A DNA stretch of 64,000 bases from Eledone cirrhosa (GCA_964016885.1 OZ024741.1:275528001-275592000), one strand, 5' to 3'; positions 15,001 to 28,817 are shown, numbered from the stretch's first letter. Program-made: numbers and translations. The notes: a model not told the origin generated them from the sequence alone.

Positions 15001-18000
15001 TGGTGTTGGTAGTGATGACAGTGGTGGTGTTGGTAGTGATGGCAGTGGTGGTGTTGGTAGTGATGACAGTGGTGGTGTTGGTAGTGATGGCAGTGGTGGT
15101 GTTGGTAGTGATGACAGTGGTGGTGTTGGTAGTGATGACAGTGGTGGTGTTGGTAGTGATGGCAGTGGTGGTGTTGGTAGTGATGACAGTGGTGGTGTTG
15201 GTAGTGATGGCAGTGGTGGTGTTGGTAGTGATGGCAGTGGTGGTGTTGGTAGTGATGGCAGTGGTGGTGTTGGTAGTGATGGCAGTGGTGGTGTTGGTAG
15301 TGATGACAGTGGTGGTGTTGGTAGTGACGGCAGTGTGGTGTTGGTAGTGATGACAGTGGTGGTGTTGGTAGTGATGACAGTGGTGGTGTTGGTAGTGGTG
15401 GTGGTGTTGGTAGTGATGACAGTGGTGGTGTTGGTAGTGATGACAGTGGTGGTGTTGGTAGTGATGACAGTGGTGGTGTTGGTAGTGGTGACAGTGGTGG
15501 TGTTGGTAGTGACGGCAGTGGTGGTGTTGGTAGTGATGACAGTGGTGGTGTTGGTAGTGATGACAGTGGTGGTGTTGGTAGTGATGACAGTGGTGGTGTT
15601 GGTAGTGATGACAGTGGTGGTGTTGGTAGTGATGGCAGTGGTGGTGTTGGTAGTGATGACAGTGGTGGTGTTGGTAGTGATGACAGTGGTGGTGTTGGTA
15701 GTGATGGTAGTGGTGGTGTTGGTTGTGATGACAGTGGTGGTGTTGGTAGTGATGACAGTGGTGGTGTTGGTAGTGATGACAGTGGTGGTGTTGGTAGTGA
15801 TGGCAGTGGTGGTGTTGGTAGTGATGACAGTGGTGGTGTTGGTAGTGATGACAGTGGTGGTGTTGGTAGTGATGGTAGTGGTGGTGTTGGTTGTGATGAC
15901 AGTGGTGGTGTTGGTAGTGATGACAGTGGTGGTGTTGGTAGTGATGACAGTGGTGGTGTTGGTAGTGATGACAGTGGTGGTGTTGGTAGTGATGACAGTG
16001 GTGGTGTTGGTAGTGACGGCAGTGGTGGTGTTGGTAGTGATGACAGTGGTGGTGTTGGTAGTGATGACAGTGGTGGTGTTGGTAGTGACGGCAGTGGTGG
16101 TGTTGGTAGTGGTGGTGTTGGTAGTGATGACAGTGGTGGTGTTGGTAGTGATGACAGTGGTGGTGTTGGTAGTGACGGCAGTGGTGGTGTTGGTAGTGAT
16201 GACAGTGGTGGTGTTGGTAGTGACGGCAGTGGTGGTGTTGGTAGTGATGGTAGTGGTGGTGTTGGTAGTGATGACAGTGGTGGTGTTGGTAGTGATGACA
16301 GTGGTGGTGTTGGTAGTGACGGCAGTGGTGGTGTTGGTAGTGATGACAGTGGTGGTGTTGGTAGTGATGACAGTGGTGGTGTTGGTAGTGACGGCAGTGG
16401 TGGTGTTGGTAGTGATGGTAGTGGTGGTGTTGGTAGTGATGACAGTGGTGGTGTTGGTAGTGATGACAGTGGTGGTGTTGGTAGTGATGACAGTGGTGGT
16501 GTTGGTAGTGGTGGCAGTGGTGGTGTTGGTAGTGATGGCAGTGACGGTGTTGGTAGTGATGGCAGTGGTGGTGTTGGTAGTGATGACAGTGGTGGTGTTG
16601 GTAGTGACGGCAGTGGTGATGTTGGTAGTGATGACAGTGGTGGTGTTGGTAGTGATGGCAGTGGTGGTGTTGGTAGTGGTTACAGTGGTGGTGTTGGTAG
16701 TGACGGCAGTGGTGGTGTTGGTAGTGATTACAGTGGTGGTGTTGGTAGTGATGACAGTGGTGGTGTTGGTAGTGATGACAGTGGTGGTGTTGGTAGTGGT
16801 GACAGTGATGGTGTTGGTAGTGATGACAGTGGTGGTGTTGGTAGTGATGGTAGTGGTGGTGTTGGTAGTGATGACAGTGGTGGTGTTGGTAGTGATGACA
16901 GTGGTGGTGTTGGTAGTGATGACAGTGGTGGTGTTGGTAGTGGTGGCAGTGGTGGTGTTGGTAGTGATGGCAGTGACGGTCTTGGTAGTGATGGCAGTGG
17001 TGGTGTTGGTAGTGATGACAGTGGTGGTGTTGGTAGTGACGGCAGTGGTGGTGTTGGTAGTGATGACGGTGGTGGTGTTGGTAGTGATGGCAGTGGTGGT
17101 GTTGGTAGTGGTGACAGTGGTGGTGTTGGTAGTGACGGCAGTGGTGGTGTTGGTAGTGATGACAGTGGTGGTGTTGGTAGTGATGACAGTGGTGGTGTTG
17201 GTAGTGATGACAGTGGTGGTGTTGGTAGTGGTGACAGTGATGGTGTTGGTAGTGATGACAGTGGTGGTGTTGGTAGTGATGGTAGTGGAGGTGTTGGTAG
17301 TGATGACAGTGGTGGTATTGGTAGTGACGGCAGTGGTGGTGTTGGTAGTGGTGACAGTGATGGTGTTGGTAGTGATGACAGTGGTGGTGTTGGTAGTGAC
17401 GGCAGTGGTGGTGTTGGTAGTGATGACAGTGGTGGTGTTGTTAGTGATGGCAGTGGTGGTGTTGGTAGTGGTAACAGTGGTGGTGTTGGTAGTGACGGCA
17501 GTGGTGGTGTTGGTAGTGATGACAGTGGTGGTGTTGGTAGTGATGACAGTGGTGGTGTTGGTAGTGATGACAGTGGTGGTGTTGGTAGTGATGACAGTGG
17601 TGGTGTTGGTAGTGATGACAGTGATGGTGTTGGTAGTGATGGTGGTGTTGGTAGTGCTGACAGTGGTGGTGTTGGTTATTGATGACAGTGGTGGTGTTGG
17701 TAGTGATGACAGTGGTGGTGTTGGTAGTGGTGACAGTGATGGTGTTGGTAGTGATGACAGTGGTGGTGTTGGTAGTGATGGTAGTGGTGGTGTTGGTAGT
17801 GATGACAGTGGTGGTGTTGGTAGTGATGGTAGTGGTGGTGTTGGTAGTGATGACAGTGGTGGTGTTGGTAGTGACGGCAGTGGTGGTGTTGGTAGTGATG
17901 ACAGTGGTGGTGTTGGTAGTGACGGCAGTGGTGGTGTTGGTAGTGATGACAGTGGTGGTGTTGGTAGTGACGGCAGTGGTGGTGTTGGTAGTGATGACAG

Positions 18001-20160
18001 TGGTGGTGTTGGTAGTGACGGCAGTGGTGGTGTTGGTAGTGATGACAGTGGTGGTGTTGGTAGTGATGACAGTGATGGTGTTGGTAGTGATGACAGTGGT
18101 GGTGTTGGTAGTGATGATAGTGGTGGTGTTGGTAGTGATGACAGTGGTGGTGTTGGTAGTGATGGCAGTGGTGGTGTTGGTAGTGATGACAGTGGTGGTG
18201 TTGGTAGTGATGACAGTGGTGGTGTTGGTAGTGGTGGTGGTGTTGGTAGTGATGACAGTGGTGGTGTTGGTAGTGATGACAGTGGTGGTGTTGGTAGTGA
18301 TGACAGTGGTGGTGTTGGTAGTGATGGTGGTGTTGGTAGTGATGACAGTGGTGGTGTTGGTAGTGATGGCAGTGGTGGTGTTGGTAGTGATGACAGTGGT
18401 GGTGTTGGTAGTGATGACAGTGGTGGTGTTGGTAGTGATGACAGTGGTGGTGTTGGTAGTAATGACAGTGGTGGTGTTGGTAGTGATGGTAGTGGTGGTG
18501 TTGGTAGTGATGACAGTGGTGGTGTTGGTAGTGATGGCAGTGGTGGTGTTGGTAGTGATGACAGTGGTGGTGTTGGTAGTGATGGTGGTGTTGGTAGTGA
18601 TGACAGTGATGGTGTTGGTAGTGATGACAGTGATGGTGTTGGTAGTGATGGTGGTGTTGGTAGTGATGACAGTGGTGGTGTTGGTAGTGATGACAGTGGT
18701 GGTGTTGGTAGTGATGACAGTGGTGGTGTTGGTAGTGGTGGTGGTGGTGGTGTTGGTAGTGGTGGTGGTGGTGGTGTTGGTAGTGATGGTAGTGGTGGTG
18801 TTGGTAGTGATGACAGTGGTGGTGTTGGTAGTGATGGGAGTGGTGGTGTTGGTAGTGATGACAGTGATGGTGTTGGTAGTGATGGTAGTGGTGGTGTTGG
18901 TAGTGATGACAGTGGTGGTGTTGGTAGTGATGGGAGTGGTGGTGTTGGTAGTGATGACAGTGATGGTGTTCGTAGTGATGGTAGTGGTGGTGTTGGTAGT
19001 GGTGACAGTGGTGGTGTTGGTAGTGATGACAGTGGTGGTGTTGTTAGTGATGACAGTGGTGGTGTTGGTAGTGATGACAGTGGTGGTGTTGGTAGTGATG
19101 GCAGTGATGGTGTTGGTAGTGATGGTAGTGGTGGTGTTGGTAGTGACAGTGGTGGTGTTGGTAGTGATGACAGTGGTGGTGTTGGTAGTGATGAGAGTGG
19201 TGGTGTTGGTAGTGATGACAGTGGTGGTGTTGGTAGTGATGACAGTGGTGGTGTTGGTAGTGATGACAGTGGTGGTGTTGGTAGTGATGACAGTGGTGGT
19301 GTTGGTAGTGATGGCAGTGGTGGTGTTGGTAGTGATGACAGTGGTGGTGTTGGTAGTGGTGGCAGTGATGGTGTTGGTAGTGATGACAGTGGTGGTGTTG
19401 GTAGTGGTGACAGTGGTGGTGTTGGTAGTGATGACAGTGGTGGTGTTGGTAGTGATGACAGTGGTGGTGTTGGTAGTGATGACAGTGGTGGTGTTGGTAG
19501 TGGTGGCAGTGATGGTGTTGGTAGTGATGACAGTGGTGGTGTTGGTAGTGATGACAGTGATGGTGTTGGTAGTGATGACAGTGGTGGTGTTGGTAGTGGT
19601 GGCAGTGGTGGTGTTGGTAGTGATGACAGTGGTGGTGTTGGTAGTGATGACAGTGGTGGTGTTGGTAGTGATGACAGTGATGGTGTTGGTAGTGATGACA
19701 GTGGTGGTGTTGGTAGTGGTGACAGTGGTGGTGTTGGTAGTGATGACAGTGGTGGTGTTGGTAGTGATGACAGTGGTGGTGTTGGTAGTGATGACAGTGG
19801 TGGTGTTGGTAGTGATGACAGTGGTGGTGTTGGTAGTGATGACAGTGGTGGTGTTGGTAGTGATGGTGTTGGTAGTGATGGCAGTGGTGGTGTTGGTAGT
19901 GATGACAGTGGTGGTGTTGGTAGTGATGACAGTGATGACAGTGGTGGTGTTGGTAGTGATGGTGTTGGTAGTGATGACTGGTGGTGTTGGTAGTGATGAC
20001 AGTGGTGGTGTTGGTAGTGATGACAGTGATGGCAGTGATGACAGTGGTGGTGTTGGTAGTGATGACAGTGGTGGTGTTGGTAGTGGTGACAGTGGTGGTG
20101 TTGGTAGTGATGACAGTGATGGCAGTGATGACAGTGATGACAGTGGTGGTGTTGGTAGTG
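1..20160. repeat. 24-bp minisatellite array, consensus GTGGTGGTGTTGGTAGTGATG(A/G)CA, with kb-scale higher-order repeats; runs off the window's left edge
   Basis: Unit read directly (8-codon period VVVLVVMT/A). Variant units and a 1-bp-deletion marker (gcagtgtggtg) recur near 737, 3310, 9121, 12192 and 15332. Array degenerates after ~18200. Confidence 0.98.
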
Positions 20161-20349
20161 TAGATGCTGGGGAGAAGTCTGTGTCAGTCAGACTACATAT
20201 CTTAGACTAAATTACTAGGTCATGTGTAGATTATATATAGCTATTGCTATACATTGCTCAGCTAATGTTCTACGTATGTATATAATGTATATACATCGTT
20301 CCACGTGTGTAGATGTGTGCCTCATTTGCATACATCGCTAACATAAACC

Positions 20350-20797
20350 TGTGTATGTATATATGTGTGTGTATGTATGTGTATGTATGTATGTGTGTGT
20401 GTATGTGTATGTATATGCATGTGTGTGTATGTATGTGTATATGTGTGTATGTATTTGTGTATATGTATGTGTATATATGTATATATGTGTGGGTATATGT
20501 GTGTATATGTGTGTGTGTATATGTGTGTATATATATGTGTATATATATATGTATATATGTGTATATATGTGATTATATATGTGTATATATATGTGTATAT
20601 ATATGTGTATATATGTGTATATATATGATTATATATGTGTATATATGTGTGTATATATGTGTATATATATGTGTATATATATGTGTGTGTATATATATGT
20701 GTGTGTATATATATGTGTGTATATATATATGTGTGTGTATATATATGTGTGTATATATATGTGTGTATATGTATATATAGATATGTTTGTATATATA
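20350..20797. repeat. (TG/TA)n compound microsatellite
   Basis: Seen directly. Confidence 0.95.
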
Positions 20798-21029
20798 TCA
20801 TCATCATCGTCCGCTTTTCCCTGCTTGCGAGGGTGGGACAGGTCCTATTCAGCACAGCATCTCTCCACTTGTCACGGTCCTTCGTCATCTCCACCATGAG
20901 TTTCAGCGATCTGAGGGAGGTCTGCCCTCACCACCTCTGACCATGTTTTTTGTGGTCTACCTCAACTGCATCTTCCTTCTACTGGGAGTTCCTGGCACTT
21001 CTTCACCCATCGGTCATCCTCAATGCGCA
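20798..21029 (-). mobile_element. RTE-clade LINE 3' fragment (family B) with (ATG)n tail
   Basis: Minus strand encodes ...[16 protein letters not shown]... and [29 protein letters not shown], matching 52449-52748. (CAT)n on plus strand marks the 3' end. Confidence 0.85.
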
Positions 21030-21071
<42 letters not shown>

Positions 21072-21220
21072 ATATATATGTGTATATATATATATATGTG
21101 TATATATATATATATGTGTATATATATATATATGTGTATATATATGTGTATATATATATATATGTGTATATATATATATATATATGTGTATATATATATA
21201 TATATGTGTATATATATATA

Positions 21221-21292
<72 letters not shown>

Positions 21293-21841
21293 TACCTGTG
21301 TATATATATACATACGTGGTTATATATATATATATACGTGTGTATATATATATACATATGTGTGTATATATACACATACGTGTGTATATATATATATACG
21401 TGTGTATATATACACATACGTGTGTATATATATATATACGTGTGTATATATATACATACGTGTGTATATATATATATATATACGTGTGTATATATATATA
21501 TATACGTGTGTATATATATATATATATATATACGTGTGTATATATATATATACGTGTGTATATATATATATATATACGTGTGTATATATATATATACGTG
21601 TGTGTGTGTATATATATATATATACGTGTGTATATATATATATACGTGTGTGTGTGTATATATATATATATATACATGTGTGTATATATATACGTGTGTG
21701 TGTGTATATATATATATATATACATGTGTGTATATATATACGTGTGTATATATATATATACATGTGTATATATATACGTGTGTATATATATATATACATG
21801 TGTTTATATATACGTGTATATATATATATATATATATATAC

Positions 21842-21872
<31 letters not shown>

Positions 21873-21892
21873 CACGTGTGTATATATATATA
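21030..21892. repeat. (TA)n microsatellite with TACGTG interruptions
   Basis: Seen directly. Confidence 0.95.
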
Positions 21893-22475
21893 CAGGGTGC
21901 GGACGATATTTGTTCGCAAGATTACTGTCTAGGAAAAAATAACACAGTAGTTTTATTTTTTAAGATTTATTTATCAAACTTGTCTCAGGTTGTCTCCATG
22001 GCTTGTTCTTTCAATCTCACTCGATAAACCCGCCATTGGCTTTGATGACGGCCTCAAGGCGGCCTCTGACCCGGCTACAGGCCTTCATCACTGTCCCCCG
22101 ACTTAGGCCCCTAAAGGTACTTGTGATCCTGGCCTTTAGATCGTCTTTCGTCTTGCAGCTAGATCTGTTGGTGTCTCGTTCCACTGCGTCCCACACAAAG
22201 AAGTCAAGGGGGTTGCAGTCAGGCGAGCTGGGAGGCCAGATGTCGGGCGAAGTGTGGTCGACAAAGTTTTCTGACAGCCAGGCTTGGGCCTTTCGGCTGG
22301 TATGGCAGGGCGCTGAGTCTTGCTGTCACATGTATGTCCTACCTACAGCTACCTGGTCGATCCAGGGCTTTACTACCTCACACAGAACATGGATGTAGCC
22401 ATCGGTGTTCAGCTTGAGGCCCTCAGGGAAGAAGTGAGGTGACATGACGTCACCTTGACTGCTGACGACACCTAA
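21893..22475 (-). mobile_element. Tc1/mariner superfamily DD37D (maT-type) transposon, 3' relic with right TIR
   Basis: Manual minus-strand translation: ...VKPWIDQVAVGRTYM*QQDSAPCHTSRKAQAWLSENFVDHTSPDIWPPSSPDCNPLDFFVW...[14 protein letters not shown] (stop 22017-22019). 37 residues between 2nd and 3rd Asp. End TA|CAGGGTG is a typical TA target plus TIR start. One in-frame stop. Confidence 0.88.
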
Positions 22476-22476
22476 G

Positions 22477-23132
22477 TTGGACTGTCTGGCGGTTTTCTAC
22501 AGCTGGATGCCCTTCCTAACACCAACCACATTTACAGTGTGGGACTGGGAGGTTTTTACCGTGTTGCCTACACGGTCACATTACAGCGTGGACTGTGTGT
22601 TTTTTTTTGTCGTGACACCTACACGATCTCATTTGTTTCGGCCTGGATTTTGTGGCACCAACATAACTTTACATTGAAAGGGGCGGTGTGGATGGGGGTG
22701 TATTTTGTTAGAGATGCCTACTGACTGTAGTAGGTTTTACTTTGTATTTAGGTAAGGCGGGTCTTCTCTATTACTGAGTACCGCCAAAGGTCTCGGTCCA
22801 GTGACATTGTCTTGGAGAGGTGTAAGTGTGTGAGGTCGGAATTTATCATCTCGTTCCAGGTTTTTCTGGGTCTGCCTACTCCGTGGCTACCGTCTATCTT
22901 TATTGCCCTGCACTTTGCTATACAGCTGTCGTCTTTCATGCGCATCACGTGACCATACCAAAGTAGCCTTCTCTCGAGTAAACATCTGATCCCTCTTATT
23001 TCTAATTTTTTCCTTAGTTCGTTTATGCTTTGCCGTTCGCGTATATTACTATTACACATCCAGCGGAGCATGCAAGCTTCGTTCCTCTCTAGTCTGCGTA
23101 TACCCTCTGCACACAATGCCCAGGTCTCACTG
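22477..23132 (-). mobile_element. RTE-clade LINE 3' fragment (family A) with partial 3' UTR
   Basis: ORF 22748-23116 with [15 protein letters not shown]...WYGHVMRM...GRPRKTW...DRDLWR, the RTE C-terminal signature. Confidence 0.9.
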
Positions 23133-23154
23133 TATATATATATATATATATATA

Positions 23155-26100
23155 TCTAACTTTGAAATGTTTTGGCCAGTATTGGCCCAGGCCATGTCTA
23201 ACTTAATAGCACCACCTGGCGAAGTCTTTCAACTCAGGATTTGGGCACCATGGCCCATTCGAGAAGAGAATTACTGTTTGCGGAGACATATCCGGGTGTG
23301 GGTGGTTTGTCCGGGATTACTTGGAGGAATTTCTCCAAAGACTTCTTGAATTTTGTGTGGTCAGTTTCTATTTTGACGTGTCCTGGTTTGATGTTGAAGA
23401 GAGCAGGGCCAATTGAGGTGAAATAATTGTGCCATATTGTTGTTATGTGTTGCGATTTAGATTTTTGTTTGGGACGGATAGCACGGGGCCCAAGCCTTGG
23501 GTGTATTTTGAAGGTGATGCCAACATCATTTGGGCAGTGCTGATGAAACATTTTCCACATCATGCAGATAATATAACGCTCACGGCGACGTTGGAGTGAG
23601 TAAAGTTTTAGCTTTTCTAGTTGACCCCAGTAGTCAAGGTCTGACATGCCATCTATCTTTTTCGTGATTGCCCTTTGGGGAGCTTCAAGTTTCATGATAC
23701 TTTGTTTCGTGTGGGGAGACCACAGTGGACAACAGTATTCAAGGTGTGGTCGGGCAAAAGTGGAGTAGAGAAGGATAATGGTGTGGGAATCTCTCGACTG
23801 GAAGGTTCTGAGGATCCAGGAACACATTCTGCGGGCCATGTCAACTTTGCTGCTTATATGCGTGGCCCAGCTTATGTTGCTGTCCACGGTTACTCCCAAG
23901 TCTCTGATGTTGTTAGATGCCACGAGAGTTTCACCGGAGTGAAGGGAGTACGGGAGTTTCAGAGCATCCTCTTTTCCAAAGTGGATCAGTTCGAATTTGT
24001 CTTCTCAGTCACATGTTGTTCTTTTCCGCCCATTGGGTAACAGCCAGAAGGTCTGACTGAAGGCTTATCCGGTCATCCACGCCATTGATGACGTTTTGGA
24101 GCTTGGAATGATCAGCGAAAATTCTAATGTTGCTGTGTTTGATGTCAGTGATGTCATTAATATAGATGATGAAGAGAAGTGGGCCCAACACAGTGCCTTG
24201 TGGGACCCCACTACTGACTTTGGCTGGGCTGGATTTGACTCCTTCGACTACATGTTGGGTTCTGTTTGACAGGAAGCTCTTGATCCACTGTAGCAGCTGT
24301 CCAGTGACACCAATATTGGACAGCTTTCTCAGTAGAATGTTGTGATCAACCCTGTCAAAGGCCTTGCTGAAATCAAGGTAGATAACATCAGTGTTGGAAC
24401 CCTCTCCCAAGGCTCTCAAAATGTCATCAAAGTGATGCAGTAGCTGCGTCAGGCAATCCCTTCCATTACGGAATCCATGCTGGTTGGAGTTCAGCATATT
24501 GTTACTCTCAAGGAAGTGAGTGATTCGCGATCTCACCACTCTCTCAAATACCTTAATGATATGAGAGGTGAGTGAGATTGGACGGTAATTCACGGCAAGG
24601 GATTTGTTTCCTTTTTTGAAAACTGGGACAACAGACTGGGATAGGTTTTCTGGTACATATCCAGCATCCAGTGAGTTCCGCCACAGATTGGCAAGAGGAG
24701 ATGCAAGTTGGTGTTGATATGCCTTCAACACACAAGCAGGGAACCTATCGGGACCTACTGCTGAATTATGCTTGATTTCCTTTATTGCCACTAAGACATC
24801 AGGGGCACCAAACGTTATGTCCGATAAGGTGTAATGGGGAGTAACATCGCCGATACAGCCCAGATCGGCCATATCAGGATTGCTGAAAACAGAGCAGTAT
24901 TGTTTTTGCAGTATCTCACCCATGGTTTTAGCATTGTCTTGAAGAGTGCCATTTTCATCAATTAGTGCCATTTTCATCAACAGTAGAGCCAGTGATTTTG
25001 TGTTTTTTTGCAAATGAAAAGAACACTTTGGGATTGAGTTTGATCTTCTCAATGGCCCAGGCCTCTTCAGCTCTTCTCTGATTGTTGATGATAGACATCA
25101 TATTGTTTTGGAGGTTATGTTTTTTAATCTCTAGTGATGAAATGGCAGTCAAGTTTGTGTGTTGCTGCTGACAGTATTTCAGCTTGTTGATTTTTTTGTT
25201 AGTTCTCTTAATTTTCCTGATGAGCGTTTTTTTTATTTCTAGGGATTCTGCTCTTAGATTTGTTTCTAGTTCTTAATGGAGTGTGTTTTGCACATATCTT
25301 TGTAACAGTGTCCACAAATGTCTGCCAGGACTTTTTGATGTTAGTGGGTGTATGAGTGTGCGTGAAGGACCAGTCGACGTGTGCAAGATCATGACTGATC
25401 GCTTCCCAGTTTGCATTGTGGAAATCCATAGTATCAAACGGATGGACAGAAGAGATGACATTGGGTTTGTATATTGGACGGTGGAATATCAGATCACAGA
25501 GAACCATGTCATGATCAGAGAGTAGAGTTTTCTCCACTGTAATATTGTGGATATTGTCAGTGTGATTGCTGAAAATTAAGTCTAGGACGTTTTTGTGGCA
25601 CCTCGTTGGTTCGAGCACCAGTTGGGACAGGAAGAAATCCTCCATGAAGTCAAGAAGCGATTCCACTGCTTCCCTGTCAGAGGTTGAGGCAGAAGAACTT
25701 GGTGGCAGGCTGTTTGTGGACCAGTCAACTCCGGGGAGGTTGAAGTCCCCCATCATTAGGATGTTGTCAGGGTGACACTCTTGGATGAAACACTTTATGC
25801 TGTTGAGGCATTCCTTGAAGCATGGTGGAGGCGTTTGGGGTGGCCTATAGAGCCCAACTACTATTAGGTTGTTGGTTTGACAGAATACAGTGACTGCTTC
25901 GCAGTATCCATTAGTAAATATGTTCAAAGCCTCTGTTGAGAAAAAATTATGGACATAAATGGCAGTCCCACCCTTTCTTCTGCCAGCGCGATCAGCACGG
26001 ATGGCTTTGAAATTTTTCACTTTCACCTCGGCTTCCAAGTGGAGGTTACTGAGATGGGTTTCAGTGAGGACGAAGAAAGAGATGTGGTTTGGATGGACAT

Positions 26101-26988
26101 CAACCCAATCCTCCAGGAATTTGATCTTCCATTTTTGAGTATTGGTGGAAGGGCTGATGCCTTGGGCGTTAAGCAAAAATGTTGAGGCGAGAGTGGATGG
26201 TTTTAATTGTTTTGGTGTGTTGTTAATTTGTTTGTTTGTTAATGGCAGCAATGGGAGTTTGTGCAGTGGGGTGATAGTGGAGGGTGGTGCTGGGTGATAG
26301 CTCCGAATGTTTTTTTTCAGTTCTTTTGCCAGATTCATTATGGCTAAAAAAGAGGAAGAAGTTTCCTGTTTAGGAGACTGTTGGTGACTGTGGTAGTAGT
26401 TATTTTTATGTAGGTTATGGTTTTTGTTTTTGCTTTTATTTTTATTTTTATTTTTATTTTCATTTGTCCGACGGGTCCCCGGGAGATGGGTAAAGGGACA
26501 ATCCCGGTGTAAACACAATCTGTCTCGCAGGGAAAAGCGGCAGATTTGTGGATTCCTTGTTTGAGTTATTGGTGGTTGTGTTGGTGTTAAATTAGAGTAT
26601 GTATTATGGTGGTGGCTGTTTGTGGGGATAGACCGTTTTGTCCTAGGTAAATGGGTGAATTTGCAGCCACTATCCGTACATATTCTATAGCGTAGAGAGT
26701 AGCGCCAAATGATGGGGTTTCGAGTGGGTGTGTATGTATGTATGTGTGTGTGTTGTGAGAGGTGTAGATGATGGTTTGAGTAGGTTTTGACGACCTTTGT
26801 GGGCTGTGGGAGGGAGAGTTATTGTACTGGTATTAGAAGGGAAATTCCTTGAGATAGCAGTAGGCAAAGATGTTGTAGTAGTAGGCAGTGGTGATGATTG
26901 GTCTGTTGGGGTAGAGAAAGGAAGTGGCGTTTCCTGCTGTGAGGCAGTGGCTACTGGGAGGTCAATAGTTTCATTTAGTAGATCGGCC

Positions 26989-26990
<2 letters not shown>
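23155..26990 (-). mobile_element. Near full-length CR1/L2-group LINE (CCCH fingers + APE endonuclease + RT), frameshifted
   Basis: APE motifs (NAQG, LTETHL, GGTAIYV, GLYRPP, MGDFNLP, LDLIF, SDH) in 25208-26518. RT motifs (NYRPISLTS, QHGFR, YLDFSKAFDRV, SGVPQGTVLGPLLF, degraded FADH) in 24009-25052. C-terminus [14 protein letters not shown] in 23234-23923. (TA)n on both sides. Confidence 0.93.
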
Positions 26991-27022
<32 letters not shown>

Positions 27023-27059
27023 ACGTATATATACATATATATATATACATATATATACG

Positions 27060-27111
<52 letters not shown>

Positions 27112-27155
27112 CATATATATATACGTATATATACATATATATACGTATATATACG

Positions 27156-27245
<90 letters not shown>

Positions 27246-27246
27246 C

Positions 27247-27277
<31 letters not shown>

Positions 27278-27278
27278 C

Positions 27279-27309
<31 letters not shown>

Positions 27310-27322
27310 CATGTATATATAC

Positions 27323-27357
<35 letters not shown>

Positions 27358-27387
27358 CATATATATATACATATATATACATATATA
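26991..27387. repeat. (TA)n microsatellite
   Basis: Seen directly. Confidence 0.95.
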
Positions 27388-28655
27388 TCATCATCATCAT
27401 CATCATCATCAACGTTTAACGTCCGTGTTCCACGCTTGCATGGGTTTGGACGGGGGTAGTCCCACTTGAGGCAAGAGTGATTGTCTTGCTCGCATAGGAC
27501 TGTCTGGCAGGTTTTCTACAGTTGGATGCCCTTCCTAACACCAACCACATTTACAGTGTGGGTCTGGGAGGTTTTTACCGTGTTGCCTACACGGCCACAT
27601 TACAGCGTGGACTGTGTGTTTTTTTGTCGTGACACCTACACGATCTCATTTGTTTCGGCCTCGATGGCGCGGCACCAACATAACTTTACATAGAACGGGG
27701 TGGTGTGGATGGGGTGGGGGCGGGGGTGGTGGGACGGGGTGTATTTTGTTAGAGATGCCTACTGGCTGGAGTAGGTTTTACTATATATTTAGGTAAGGCG
27801 GGTCTTCTCTGTTACTGAGTACCGCCAAAGGTCTCGGTCCAGTGACATTGTCTTGGAGAGGTGTAAGTGTGTGATGTCGGAGTTTATCAGCTCGTCCCAG
27901 GTTTTCCTAGGTCTGCCTATTCCGTGACTACCGTCTATCTTTATTGCCCTGCACTTTGTTATACAGCTATCGACTTTCATGCGCATCACGTGTCCATACC
28001 AACGTAGCCTTCTCTCGAGTAAACAACATCTGATCCCTCTTATCTCTAATTTTTTCCTTAGTTCGTTTATGCTTTGCCGTTCACGTATATTACTGTTACA
28101 CATCCAGCGGAGCATGCAAGCTTCGTTCCTCTCTAGTCTGCGTATATCCTCTGCACACAATGCCCAGGTCTCACTGCCGTGCAGCATTGCTGTTCGTATG
28201 CAGGCATCGTACAACCTGCCTTTCATTTTTAGTGAGAACCCTTTAGCAGCTAATAGTGGTATAAGCTCTCTGAACTTTTTCCAACCAGTTCTGACTCTAG
28301 CTACAGTACTTTCAGAGCACCCTCCCCCACTGCTGATTTTATCGCCCAGGTAACGGAAGCTGTCCACTATTTCTATAGAACCCTCTGCGCAATTGAAAGA
28401 GCTAGTAGTTTGTGGGCACTTGCTGCTACTTATTGCACCAGAGCACCGGCCACATGTAAAATCTATGTTCTTAGTTAGCTTACCTGTGATCCCACTACAT
28501 CTTTTATGCACCCATACTTTGCATTTAGGACATAAAATGGAGTTTCTACCTACGCCTTTCCTACACACCGAGCACGACCATTTCCCAGAAGGGACCGCCG
28601 CCTTGTTTTCTTTCCTACAAACTAGTACTTTGGTCTTAGCCAGGTTAATTTTAAG
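27388..28655 (-). mobile_element. RTE-clade LINE 3' portion (family A) with Cys-rich insert, full 3' UTR and (ATG)n tail
   Basis: ORF 27789-28568: [25 protein letters not shown]...FRYLGD...MLHGSETW...GRPRKTW. Terminal hairpin-like GTCCGTGTTCCACGCTTGCATGGGTTTGGACG next to (CAT)n. Confidence 0.92.
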
Positions 28656-28817
28656 TCCAGGTTAATTTTATATATATATATATACATATATATATACATA
28701 TATATACATATATATATACATATATATACATATATATATACATATATATACATATATATATACATATATATACATATATATATACATATATATACATATA
28801 TATATACATATATATAC

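Noticed and set aside
3-20210. Giant ORFs (poly-VVVLVVMT, GGVGSDDS, PTPPLSSL, HHHCHHYQ) as structural proteins
   Set aside because: The 24-bp unit lacks stops in several frames; 1-bp deletions are amplified with the array; no unique domain or splice context.
26527-26540. 14-bp match between the CR1-like ORF and the RTE tail (CCGCTTTTCCCTGC)
   Set aside because: Short, lies inside a zinc-finger codon run; most likely coincidence.
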